NCBI GenBank assembly: GCA_011192195.1
Contig: DUEH01000003.1
Location: forward strand, 3,734 to 67,733
Length of the DNA stretch: 64,000 nt
Direction of reading: 5' to 3'
DNA from: Chloroflexota bacterium
Lineage (GTDB): Bacteria; Chloroflexota; Anaerolineae; 4572-78
Shown here: positions 27,299 to 35,720 of the stretch, one piece after another
Position numbering within the stretch: position 1 is the first letter of the stretch
Layout of the letters: the number at the start of each line of letters is the position of its first letter
The notes under the pieces: generated by a model
Database searches by the model: none
What the model was told of the DNA's origin: nothing
Seen by the model: only the letters and a program-made list of their open reading frames with translations
Made by a program: the position numbers and the translations under genes

Positions 27299-27374
27299 GT
27301 AGTTAGCCACGCAGCGGAGTGGCGTTTCACGACGGTACTCTACTACGTTACGTACCTCACTACAAACCCATTTT
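27299..27374. repeat. ~80-bp interspersed palindromic element, copy B
   Basis: gtagttagccacgcagcggagtggcgtttcacgacggtactctactacgttacgtacctcactacaaacccatttt. It is immediately followed by caaaggagaacaaaATG of deoB. Confidence 0.85.
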
Positions 27375-27388
27375 CAAAGGAGAACAAA

Positions 27389-28570
27389 ATGCCAATCAAT
27401 CGTTTTATCGTAATCGTTTTAGACAGCGTCGGTATTGGCGAAGCGCCCGACGCCGCTGCCTTCGGCGATGTCGGCAGCCATACGCTGGGCAATATCGCCC
27501 GGACTGTCGGCGGCTTGAAGGTACCTAATATGGAGGCGATGGGCCTGGCAAATATCGCCATCGTAGAAGGAGTATCTCCGCAGCTCAAGCCAGCGGCGGC
27601 TTATGGCAAAATGGCCGAAATATCGGAGGGCAAGGACACCACCAGCGGCCATTGGGAACTGATGGGCATCGAGGTAGACAAGGCCTTTCCCCACTACCCG
27701 GACGGCTTCCCGCCTGAAGTTATGGATCGCTACGAAGCGGAGAGCGGTAGGGGCTGGTTGGGCAACTATCCCGCCTCTGGCACCGTCATCATTGATGAGT
27801 TGGGCGAGGAACACATCCGCACCGGCAAAACCATTGTCTACACCTCCGGCGACAGCGTTTTCCAGATTGCCGCCCACAAAGAGGTCGTCCCGGTGGATGA
27901 GTTGTACAAAATTTGCCGCATCGCGCGGGAAATTCTGCGGGGCGAACACGAAGTGAGCAGGGTGATTGCCCGCCCCTTTGTGGGAACGCCGGGGAATTTC
28001 ACGCGCACGGCCAACCGCCACGATTTTTCCGTACCGCCGCTGGAGCCAACCCTGCTCGATTCGCTCAAAGAGGCCGGGCTGATGGTCTACGCGGTGGGCA
28101 AGATCGAAGATATTTTCACCGGCCAGGGCATCACCGACGCGGTGCATACTCAGGACAATATGGACGGCGTGGATAAAACCATTACCGCTATGCTAGAGCG
28201 TCGGGAGAAGGGCTTGATCTTCACCAATCTGGTTGATTTCGACGCCAAATTCGGGCATCGCAACAACCCGCAGGGTTACGCCAACGCCCTGGTCGAGTTC
28301 GATCAACGGCTGCCGGAAATTATGGACGCCCTGGCCGAAGATGATGTACTGGTTCTCACCGCCGACCACGGCAACGACCCAACCTATCCCGGTACGGATC
28401 ACACGCGCGAGTATGTGCCTGTTCTCATTGCCGGCGCTCCCGTTCAGGCCGGGGTGAACATCGGCGCGCGCTCGACCTTTGCCGATTTAGCCGCCACCAT
28501 TGCCGATACGCTGGGCGTCAACCCCCCGCCGCGCGGCGTGAGTTTCAAGTCAATGATAACTTGGAAATGA
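27389..28570 (+). CDS. deoB: Phosphopentomutase
   Basis: '[27 protein letters not shown]', '[13 protein letters not shown]' and '[22 protein letters not shown]' are diagnostic DeoB motifs. Confidence 0.9.
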   Translation: MPINRFIVIVLDSVGIGEAPDAAAFGDVGSHTLGNIARTVGGLKVPNMEAMGLANIAIVEGVSPQLKPAAAYGKMAEISEGKDTTSGHWELMGIEVDKAFPHYPDGFPPEVMDRYEAESGRGWLGNYPASGTVIIDELGEEHIRTGKTIVYTSGDSVFQIAAHKEVVPVDELYKICRIAREILRGEHEVSRVIARPFVGTPGNFTRTANRHDFSVPPLEPTLLDSLKEAGLMVYAVGKIEDIFTGQGITDAVHTQDNMDGVDKTITAMLERREKGLIFTNLVDFDAKFGHRNNPQGYANALVEFDQRLPEIMDALAEDDVLVLTADHGNDPTYPGTDHTREYVPVLIAGAPVQAGVNIGARSTFADLAATIADTLGVNPPPRGVSFKSMITWK

Positions 28571-28581
28571 AAATCGAGCCA

Positions 28582-28646
28582 GCCCCCCAACCCCCCAAAG
28601 GGGGGAGCAACTGCCAAAGTTCCCCCTTTTGGGGGGTTGGGGGGGG
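28582..28646. repeat. C/G-rich double-hairpin element
   Basis: gccccccaacccccc-aaa-gggggg...ccccc-tttt-ggggggttgggggggc. It lies 12 nt after the deoB stop and is followed by ctgagtagttac. Confidence 0.85.
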
Positions 28647-28688
28647 CTTGACTGAGTAGTTACAAAACCGATTACGGAGGGAATAACA

Positions 28689-29360
28689 ATGGCTGTCATT
28701 ACAATTTCTCGTGAAAGCGGCGCTCGGGGAAGTTACATTGGGCGCAAATTGGCTGAAAAACTGGGATACCTCTACGTGGACCGAGAGCTTATCCACGAAG
28801 TAAGTCTGGAATATGGGGTCAGGCAAGATGAGTTCGAGCGCATCTACGAGCAAGCGCCGGGGATTCTGGAGCGCTATGACCGTCGTAATCGCGAGATCGT
28901 GGGGCTGCTCGGTCGCGCCATTCAGGGGTTGGCCCGGCGCGATAATGTGATTATTGCCGGTCGAGGCTCATTTGTTGTCTTGCGTGATTTTGCAGATGTG
29001 TTGAACGTGCGTGTAACGGCTGCGCGCAGCGTCCGTATCCGGCGCATCCAACAAGACCACAATTTGCAGGAACAGGAAGCGCGGGCTACGCTTGACCGTC
29101 TGGATAGTGAGCGCAGTAAATACATAAGAGCCTATCACGGTTTGAATTGGGCGGACGCGGGGCTGTATGATCTCTGTGTGAATACCAGCAAACTTGACGT
29201 TGATCAGGCGATTGAGTTAGTTTTACAGACGCTGAAATTCCTTGAGGAAAGCCGCGACGCGGATCGCCCGCTTGTACGCGATCTTGAAGCCGACCCTATC
29301 CTTGATAAAGCGATTGACGAAGCGTTGAACCTCCTTGAAGCGACCGCGCGCGCAACTTGA
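28689..29360 (+). CDS. Cytidylate-kinase-like family P-loop protein
   Basis: 'MAVITISRESGARGSYIGRKLAEKLGYLYVDRELI' is the typical N-terminus of this family. Confidence 0.7.
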   Translation: MAVITISRESGARGSYIGRKLAEKLGYLYVDRELIHEVSLEYGVRQDEFERIYEQAPGILERYDRRNREIVGLLGRAIQGLARRDNVIIAGRGSFVVLRDFADVLNVRVTAARSVRIRRIQQDHNLQEQEARATLDRLDSERSKYIRAYHGLNWADAGLYDLCVNTSKLDVDQAIELVLQTLKFLEESRDADRPLVRDLEADPILDKAIDEALNLLEATARAT

Positions 29361-29380
29361 ATCCATAGGAATTTTCTTTT

Positions 29381-29409
29381 TGTAGGACAAACTGTTAGTT
29401 TGCCCTACA
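29381..29409. repeat. Hairpin with apical CAAACT-GTT-AGTTTG
   Basis: Arms are tgtaggacaaact and agtttgccctaca (12/13 complementary). It shares its apex with the palindromes at 16301-16328 and 6937-6952. Confidence 0.8.
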
Positions 29410-29559
29410 GATTGCCTAAGGAATCCCCAAAAAAGCTAAAAAATTGGTAACGCTAAGAAAGTAAGCGCCGGGGCAACAAAGTTTAACTCCAAATCTGTCG
29501 CCTACAACTTAAACGTCGCCAAAAATTAAAAATATTATCAATATATAAGGAGAAGCATT

Positions 29560-31305
29560 ATGAAAATCAGTAGAATTAAATTTACAGGAATTGTTATGTT
29601 GTTCGTGTTGATCTTCAGCGCTTTGCCGGTTAACGCTCAAGGCGGCGACTTGCAGTTGACCGTGCTGCACACCAATGATGTTCACGGCCGCGTTGATGAA
29701 TTTGATAAATACGGCAACTCTTGCGATGAAGAAGAGAAAGCTGAAAATAAATGTTTTGGCGGCGCCGCGCGCCTGCAAACAATGATCAAACAGATTCGCG
29801 CCGAGGGTGGTAATGTACTCTTGCTAGACGGCGGCGACCAATTTCAGGGCACCTTGTTCTACAACCAATACAAAGGTCAAGCCGCCAGAGAAATGATGAA
29901 CGCTCTGGGCTATAATGCAATGGCTGTGGGAAACCATGAGTTCGACGACGGCCCCGCCACGCTGGCTAAATTTATTGATGCAGTCAATTTTCCAGTCTTG
30001 AGCGCTAACATCGATGCCAGCGCCGAACCTGCCCTGGCGGGAAAAATACAGCCCTACACCATTCTGGAAGTGGGCGGCGAGCAGATTGGCGTAGTTGGCT
30101 TTACCACCGAAGATACAGCCATCCTGTCCAGCCCCGGACCCAACGTTGTATTCAACAACATCGAGACAAGCGTTCAGGCCGCCGTGGATGAGCTAACAGC
30201 TCAGGGCGTCAACAAGATTCTGGCGGTAAGCCACGCCGGCTTTGGTAAAGACCGTGAAGTGGCCGCTGCTGTAACCGGCTTGGATGTCATCATCGCCGGC
30301 CATACCAATACCTATCTCTCTAACACAGACGAAGACGCCGAAGATGTCTACCCGGTTGTGGTCAACGCCCCCGACGGCAATCCGGTTCTGCTGGTTTCTG
30401 ATTTTACCAGAGCCAAATATCTGGGCCGCCTTGATGTCACCTTTGACGCCAACGGCGTTGCCGCCGACTACTCCGGCAACCCGATTTTGTTGGATAGCAG
30501 CGTCGCGCAGGATACTGACGTTCAAGCCCGGGTTGACGCTTTGGCTGAACCGCTGGATGCGTTGATGAATCAAGTAATAGGGACGGCTGCCGTGGACCTG
30601 GACGGAGATCGGGCCAACTGTCGTTTTGGTGAATGTGTAATGGGAAACCTTATTGCCGATGCCATTCTCTGGCATTCCCAAAACGAAGGCGTCCAGATTG
30701 TCTTCCAGAACGGGGGCGGTATTCGAGCCAGCATTCCAGCCGGCGAGGTTACAGTGGGCGATGTGTTAACCGTACTGCCCTTTGGCAATTTGATTTCTAC
30801 CTTTGAATTGAGCGGCGCAGAAGTGGTCGAAGCCCTGGAAAACGGGGTCAGCCGGGCCGAAAGTTCGGAAAATGAAGGCACAGGGCGATTTGCCCAGGTC
30901 AGCGGGCTGCGCTACAGTTGGGACCCCCATCAGCCTGTTGGTTCCCGGATAATCAGCGTTGATATCAAGAACGCCGATGGCTCCTTCAGCCCCATAGACC
31001 CGAACGCTGTGTACAAAGCAGCCGCCAATGACTTTACCCGCAACGGCGGCGATGGCTACGAAGTCTTTGTCAACGCTCGCAACGCGTACGATTATGGAGA
31101 TTTGCTGGACGAAGCGCTGCAAGCGTATATAGCCGCCCATTCGCCTGTATCTCCCCAACTCGATGGGCGCATCACCCAGGTTGAAGGTACGCCGATGACG
31201 CTGCCTGCAACGGGCGGCGTTGGCAGTATGCTGCCGGCTCTTATGTTGAGCCTTGCCGGAGTCAGTTTGGCAGGCGGCGGCGTGTGGCTGCGACGCAAGA
31301 AATAG
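29560..31305 (+). CDS. Secreted bifunctional 5'-nucleotidase/phosphoesterase (UshA-like) with a C-terminal LPXTG cell-wall sorting signal
   Basis: Signal peptide present. Metallophosphatase motifs 'VLHTNDVHGR', 'GGDQFQGT', 'GNHEFD'. C-terminus is 'LPATG' (31201-31215), a hydrophobic stretch, then 'RRKK'. Confidence 0.9.
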   Translation: MKISRIKFTGIVMLFVLIFSALPVNAQGGDLQLTVLHTNDVHGRVDEFDKYGNSCDEEEKAENKCFGGAARLQTMIKQIRAEGGNVLLLDGGDQFQGTLFYNQYKGQAAREMMNALGYNAMAVGNHEFDDGPATLAKFIDAVNFPVLSANIDASAEPALAGKIQPYTILEVGGEQIGVVGFTTEDTAILSSPGPNVVFNNIETSVQAAVDELTAQGVNKILAVSHAGFGKDREVAAAVTGLDVIIAGHTNTYLSNTDEDAEDVYPVVVNAPDGNPVLLVSDFTRAKYLGRLDVTFDANGVAADYSGNPILLDSSVAQDTDVQARVDALAEPLDALMNQVIGTAAVDLDGDRANCRFGECVMGNLIADAILWHSQNEGVQIVFQNGGGIRASIPAGEVTVGDVLTVLPFGNLISTFELSGAEVVEALENGVSRAESSENEGTGRFAQVSGLRYSWDPHQPVGSRIISVDIKNADGSFSPIDPNAVYKAAANDFTRNGGDGYEVFVNARNAYDYGDLLDEALQAYIAAHSPVSPQLDGRITQVEGTPMTLPATGGVGSMLPALMLSLAGVSLAGGGVWLRRKK

Positions 31306-31339
31306 AAATATAACAGCAATTTCCGTTTTGGATATTTTT

Positions 31340-31382
31340 CGCCCCGTTCCCACGCTCTGTATGGGAACGGGGCGATTTTTGT
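31340..31382 (+). terminator. Rho-independent terminator
   Basis: cgccccgttccca / tgggaacggggcg 13-bp stem followed by atttttgtt, 35 nt after the nucleotidase stop. Confidence 0.8.
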
Positions 31383-32003
31383 TCACCGGAATTTACCGGA
31401 TACTTTCAAAAGTACAATGACCCGCCAGAGTTGGACACGCAATTCCTGCCAGGTTTACAGCAGCTTTTCGCTTTGCTCAGGCGTTGCTTGCCGGGGAGGG
31501 GCGTAGTGTTGCCGGACGAACACTTCTGCCAGTTGGTGGACGCCCTCAAAGGAGGACGGGTTGCGGCGGTGGAACGGGGTCTGGGCCAACTGCTCTTTCA
31601 GATAGACTGCGAAGGCGCCGGCAAACTCATGATGTGCCATTCCCATTGACCGGCGGCGTGGTCTGCGGTGGATGGACGCAGCGCGCTTTCATCAACCAGA
31701 TAAGTCTGTATCCCCAGCGAAATCAACACCTGGTGCGAGGTTTCAAGCGCGGTTCTGGTGACTTCGGTGAAAACGAGAATGACGGTGGGACAGCATCAGC
31801 GCCAAGCCGGTGAACAGCATTGTCCACACCCGCGAGGAAGCTGTGAACTGCAACGCAAACACCAACGCCGTGATCAAGGCGACGGGCCATCCCTTGAATT
31901 TGAAGCTTGAATTCATACTTGTATTTTACATCGGCGCTAGGGTCGTTCAATGGGAAAGACATTTTTAAGCACGAATAACACGAATTTTCACTAATTTTTA
32001 ATC

Positions 32004-32205
32004 TTTATATTCGTGTAAATTAGCGCTATTCGTAACTACTCAGGCTCAGGTGCGACGCACTTAATAAATTGTTTTTTAGTGCAAATAACTACCCAATATC
32101 GTCAAAATTTGCACTTGCAGGGCGCTTCGTGAAGTGCGTTGCACCTATTTTCTCTATGGCTGAGTAGTTACTTTAATTTTTATATTCGTGTAAATTAGCG
32201 CTATT
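32004..32205. repeat. Composite: 27-bp perfect direct repeats flanking a 148-bp palindromic insert
   Basis: tttatattcgtgtaaattagcgctatt occurs at 32004-32030 and 32179-32205. The inner inverted repeats are gtaactactcag (32032-32043) and ctgagtagttac (32160-32171). Confidence 0.9.
32048..32146. repeat. MITE-like element with 15-bp terminal inverted repeats AGGTGCRACGCACTT, copy 1
   Basis: aggtgcgacgcactt (32048-32062) and aagtgcgttgcacct (32132-32146). It is homologous, in inverted orientation, to 60594-60690. Confidence 0.85.
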
Positions 32206-32784
32206 TGTGGTTAGATTTTTATCCTTTACGCCAATCCCATTCAAGGACCCCAGTGCCCACGCTTTCAACCGTGGCCCAAATTGTCCCTCATACCCCGTCG
32301 GCAACTGCGCCAGATACGTTTTTCCCTCGCTTGGCGAGTACCATTTCTCTTTGCGGAAACACACGTTATCCGTCTCCACTTTTATGTCCTGCACTATCAC
32401 ATCCTTGTGCCCCTTGAATTCGGCATCCGCTGGCAGTTGCTCCCGCTCAACTTCCAAAATTTCTTCTCGGTCTATCTTTATATTCTCGTTCTTTCGCCGT
32501 TTTTTACGTCCTTGGTTGGGTCCTTTGCGCTCCTTTTCCGAGGAGTAGTCCTCTCCTTCTTTTCCTTCTCTCTCATTTTCGTCATTCGATGCCGCTTCAG
32601 ATTTATAACTGGGCTTTTTTGATTGCCCCTTGAGCCGGTTGTTTTCCTCTCTCAGCCGCTCATTTTCTCCCCGGAGACGTTCAAGCTCGGCTTGTTGCCG
32701 TTCCACCAAATTCAGCAAATAGATTATGGCCTGACGGCTTCCTTCGTCCTCTATTTGCTTCGGGTCAAATTTAGCCAAATTCAT
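32173..32784 (-). mobile_element. Transposase N-terminal fragment (coiled-coil + DNA-binding region; IS66-like or related family), truncated
   Basis: 'QAELERLRGENERLREENNRLKG' zipper, a basic region, then '...YLAQLPTGYEGQFGPRLKAWAL'. No DDE domain follows. The last codons are encoded by the 27-bp direct repeat. Confidence 0.5.
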
Positions 32785-32859
32785 TGCGACTACCTTCTGT
32801 TCGACGGCTTGATAGCTTACATTCTACTGGTATTGCACCATCTTAACGATTTTCTTCCC

Positions 32860-33636
32860 CTAATTGCTCCATCCTTCCTGGATACAACTTCCCCCCGATT
32901 TATTGAGGAGATAATAGCTATCGCTGTCTGGAAAGCCGGTGTACGCGGCGATGGTGGCTTCGCCCAGTTCATAAGAGGTGTTGATATTTTTCAGCGCGGA
33001 AAAATCGTACACGTTGGGGAAAGCGGCTTCTTTTTCCAGCAGGTGTTTATGCCATTTGCGGAGAAAGTAGTAGCGATAAAGGGGGCTGCGGTCAATTTCG
33101 ATAATGGTTTGGCGCGTGTTGACAGAAGGATTGACTGATACAACGTGTTGCAAGGTGACAATGGGGCTTTGGCTGTGTTGCCAGGCCAGCCGCAGGGCGA
33201 AATTCCCGCCCATCGAAAAGCCGACGATAAAGAAAGACTTGCCCGCTTCAAGGTTTGCAACCTGACGCGCCGACTGAAAAACTTCTCCCAGTCGGCAGCC
33301 GTGAAAAACGCCCTGATTGAGTCTTGCCGTCCCCCCGTGATCGCGCATATTCAGCCGAAAAACCGAGTATCCTTCTTGAAACAGAGCCTCACCGACGGCG
33401 AGCATATACGTGGATTCAGCCGATCCCAACCAGCCGTGCAGCAACAGAACCACGCCCTTGCTATTGACTTGTGAGGAGTAAAATCCTTGCAACTTCACGC
33501 TGCCATCAACCGCTAAGGAAAGCAGCGCTTCTTGCGCCGATGCCAGCATTTCAGCCTTAACCGGCGGCATGCGGGTAGAAATAACGGTTTGAAAGTGTGG
33601 ATTTCTGGCCAGCAGATGCGGGGCGAAAGTCAACAT
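32860..33636 (-). CDS. Alpha/beta hydrolase (YheT-like)
   Basis: 'VVLLLHGWLGSAES' and nucleophile elbow 'GFSMGGN'. Confidence 0.8.
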   Translation of the reverse strand: MLTFAPHLLARNPHFQTVISTRMPPVKAEMLASAQEALLSLAVDGSVKLQGFYSSQVNSKGVVLLLHGWLGSAESTYMLAVGEALFQEGYSVFRLNMRDHGGTARLNQGVFHGCRLGEVFQSARQVANLEAGKSFFIVGFSMGGNFALRLAWQHSQSPIVTLQHVVSVNPSVNTRQTIIEIDRSPLYRYYFLRKWHKHLLEKEAAFPNVYDFSALKNINTSYELGEATIAAYTGFPDSDSYYLLNKSGGSCIQEGWSN

Positions 33637-33685
33637 AGGGGGATTTTAACACAATGACGCTATTTGAAAAAAGCAGCCTGGGTTA

Positions 33686-33713
33686 TTGACGATTGCTTGA
33701 TATTCTGGATAAT
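33686..33713 (+). promoter_or_regulatory. Sigma-70-like promoter (TTGACG-16-GATAAT)
   Basis: -35 at 33686-33691 and -10 at 33708-33713, in the divergent spacer upstream of the gene at 33865. Confidence 0.45.
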
Positions 33714-33782
33714 GGGGAGACAATGACAGTACAGCCCAACAATTTCACTCCCCCCTTTTCACGGGAGTATTCATTAAACAGA

Positions 33783-33852
33783 TGAAAATTTAGCTATCAG
33801 CGGTCAGCTATTAGCGATAAAGCTGACCGCTGATTGCTGATAGCTATTTTTA
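33783..33852 (+). repeat. Clamped leader hairpin: TGAAAAT - (AGCTRWC)n hairpin - ATTTTTA, directly 5' of the SD
   Basis: tgaaaat (33783-33789). Arms are tagctatcagcggtcagct (33791-33809) and agctgaccgctgattgctgatagcta (33821-33846). Then attttta (33846-33852), agggaga and the ATG at 33865. Confidence 0.8.
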
Positions 33853-33864
33853 AGGGAGAATCCA

Positions 33865-34584
33865 ATGACCAACAATACCTTTGATGTTCTTTTGCTCATC
33901 GCGCGTCCGGCGGCGGGTAAAAGCGAAATTATTGACTACCTTAAACGCAGCGATCTGGAAGAACGCCGTCGCCGGTTCCACATTGGGGACTTTGAAGAAA
34001 TTGATGACTTTCCAATGCTGTGGACCTGGTTTGAAGAAGACTACATCCTCACCCAAATGGGGTATCCTCGCCTGCACACCGACGCAGAAGGCTATTTCAA
34101 ATGGCCTTATCTGTGGAACTTGCTCATCAGGCGCATTTGCCAGGAATACAGCAAAGGCCTGCGCGACAATCCCACCTGCCACCGGCAATACACCACCATC
34201 ATCGAATTTGCGCGCGGCAGCGAACACGGCGGCTTTACCGGCGCTTTTGAGCATCTTAGCCAGGATGTGTTGAGTCGCGCGGCTATTTTGTACCTCAACG
34301 TCTCTTATGAAGAATCATTGCGCAAAAATCGCCGCCGTTTCAACCCGGATAAACCGGACAGTATTTTGGAACACGGCCTGCCGGATAAAAAGCTGGAGCG
34401 TATGTACCGCGATAGCGATTGGGAGCAAGTCAGCGCCGCCAACCCGGAGTACATCACTATTCAAGGGCATCGCGTGCCTTACGTGGTATTTGAAAATGAA
34501 GATGATGTCACCACCGCGCGCGGCTCCGCTCTGGGAGAACGCCTGGAAGAGACCTTGCAGCGTTTGTGGAAGTTGTATTCATAA
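33865..34584 (+). CDS. P-loop NTPase/kinase-like protein of unknown function
   Basis: Walker-A-like 'ARPAAGKSE' near the N-terminus of a 239-aa ORF. Confidence 0.6.
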   Translation: MTNNTFDVLLLIARPAAGKSEIIDYLKRSDLEERRRRFHIGDFEEIDDFPMLWTWFEEDYILTQMGYPRLHTDAEGYFKWPYLWNLLIRRICQEYSKGLRDNPTCHRQYTTIIEFARGSEHGGFTGAFEHLSQDVLSRAAILYLNVSYEESLRKNRRRFNPDKPDSILEHGLPDKKLERMYRDSDWEQVSAANPEYITIQGHRVPYVVFENEDDVTTARGSALGERLEETLQRLWKLYS

Positions 34585-34645
34585 GGCTTGCCGAACATCC
34601 TTGAAACTGGCGCCAGCTTCGGCGGCGAGATTATATTCTGGCGAC

Positions 34646-34720
34646 TTGACCGCCGACGGCAGACGACAGACCGCCGTAAAATCGACCTTTCGGCGGTCAA
34701 CGGTCAGCAGTTAGCGGTCA
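34646..34720. repeat. Imperfect hairpin with (GACCGYY)n arms
   Basis: Arms are ttgaccgccgacggcagacgacagaccgccg and cggcggtcaacggtcagcagttagcggtca. Confidence 0.85.
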
Positions 34721-34739
34721 TTACGAAAGGATTCTTCCA

Positions 34740-35684
34740 ATGATCCCCCATTTCACCCACCTGTTCAGCACCTACAGCATTGTTGCCCGCGATTCGCAAA
34801 CAGGCCAACTTGGCGTGGCGGTTCAAACGCATCAAATGGGCGTGGGGCGCGTGGTACCCTGGCTGCTGCCGGGCGTGGGCGCTATTGCCACGCAAGCCTG
34901 GACAAATATCAGCTTTGGCCCGCTGGGACTGGCAATGTTGCGCGAAGGCGTTGCCGCGCCAAAAGTGGTTCAGGCGTTGGTCGCCTCTGATGCAGGGGCG
35001 CATAATCGCCAGTTTGCGGTAGTGGATGCCAAAGGCGCGGTTGGCGCGTGGACGGGCAAAAATACCATTGCCCAGGCCGGTCACCACATTGGCGATGGCT
35101 ACAGCGCGCAGGCCAATATGATGAGCAGCGCCACTGTTGTTGACGCAATGGCCCGCGCCTTTGAAAACGCAAGCGGCGATTTGGCCGCGCGAATGATGGC
35201 CGCCCTGCAAGCCGCCCAGCGCGAAGGCGGCGACATTAGGGGGATGCAGTCGGCGGCGCTGAAAGTGGTTTCCGGCAACCTGAACGATCCATCCTGGAGC
35301 AGCCTCTTTGACCTGCGCGTGGATGAGCACGCCGCCCCCCTGACCGAGTTGGCGCGCCTGCTCAGGCTTCGGCGGGCGGAAAATATGGACAATAAGGGAC
35401 TTGATTTGCTCAAGCAAGGGCAACTTGATCGGGCCTTGGAAGTGTGGGCCGAAGCCCGCGCCCTGGCGCCGGAACTGGAAGAGCTCCCCTTTTGGCAGGC
35501 CGTCGCCCTGAGCGATGAACCTGCCGACATTCAGACCGCGCGTGAAATTTTGCAGCCTGCGTTAAACAAAGACCCCCGCCGAGACCACTGGCTGGATTTA
35601 CTCAATCGCCTGCAAGATTGCGGCATTATCCAGCGCCCCGGCGCGGTAGAAGAACTCGTTGAGCGAATGATGAATGACGAATGA
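34740..35684 (+). CDS. DUF1028-family (Ntn-hydrolase-fold) protein with a helical C-terminal extension
   Basis: 'FSTYSIVARDSQTGQLGVAVQTHQMGVG' is the characteristic N-terminus. Confidence 0.75.
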   Translation: MIPHFTHLFSTYSIVARDSQTGQLGVAVQTHQMGVGRVVPWLLPGVGAIATQAWTNISFGPLGLAMLREGVAAPKVVQALVASDAGAHNRQFAVVDAKGAVGAWTGKNTIAQAGHHIGDGYSAQANMMSSATVVDAMARAFENASGDLAARMMAALQAAQREGGDIRGMQSAALKVVSGNLNDPSWSSLFDLRVDEHAAPLTELARLLRLRRAENMDNKGLDLLKQGQLDRALEVWAEARALAPELEELPFWQAVALSDEPADIQTAREILQPALNKDPRRDHWLDLLNRLQDCGIIQRPGAVEELVERMMNDE

Positions 35685-35720
35685 CGAATGACGAATGACG
35701 AATGACAAATGACAAATGAC
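35665..35720. repeat. Tandem heptamer array (GAATGAC)n, 8 units, unpaired
   Basis: gaatgat, gaatgac x5, aaatgac x2. It contains the stop codon of the upstream gene (35682-35684) and the ATG of the SNF2 gene (35709). Confidence 0.9.
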
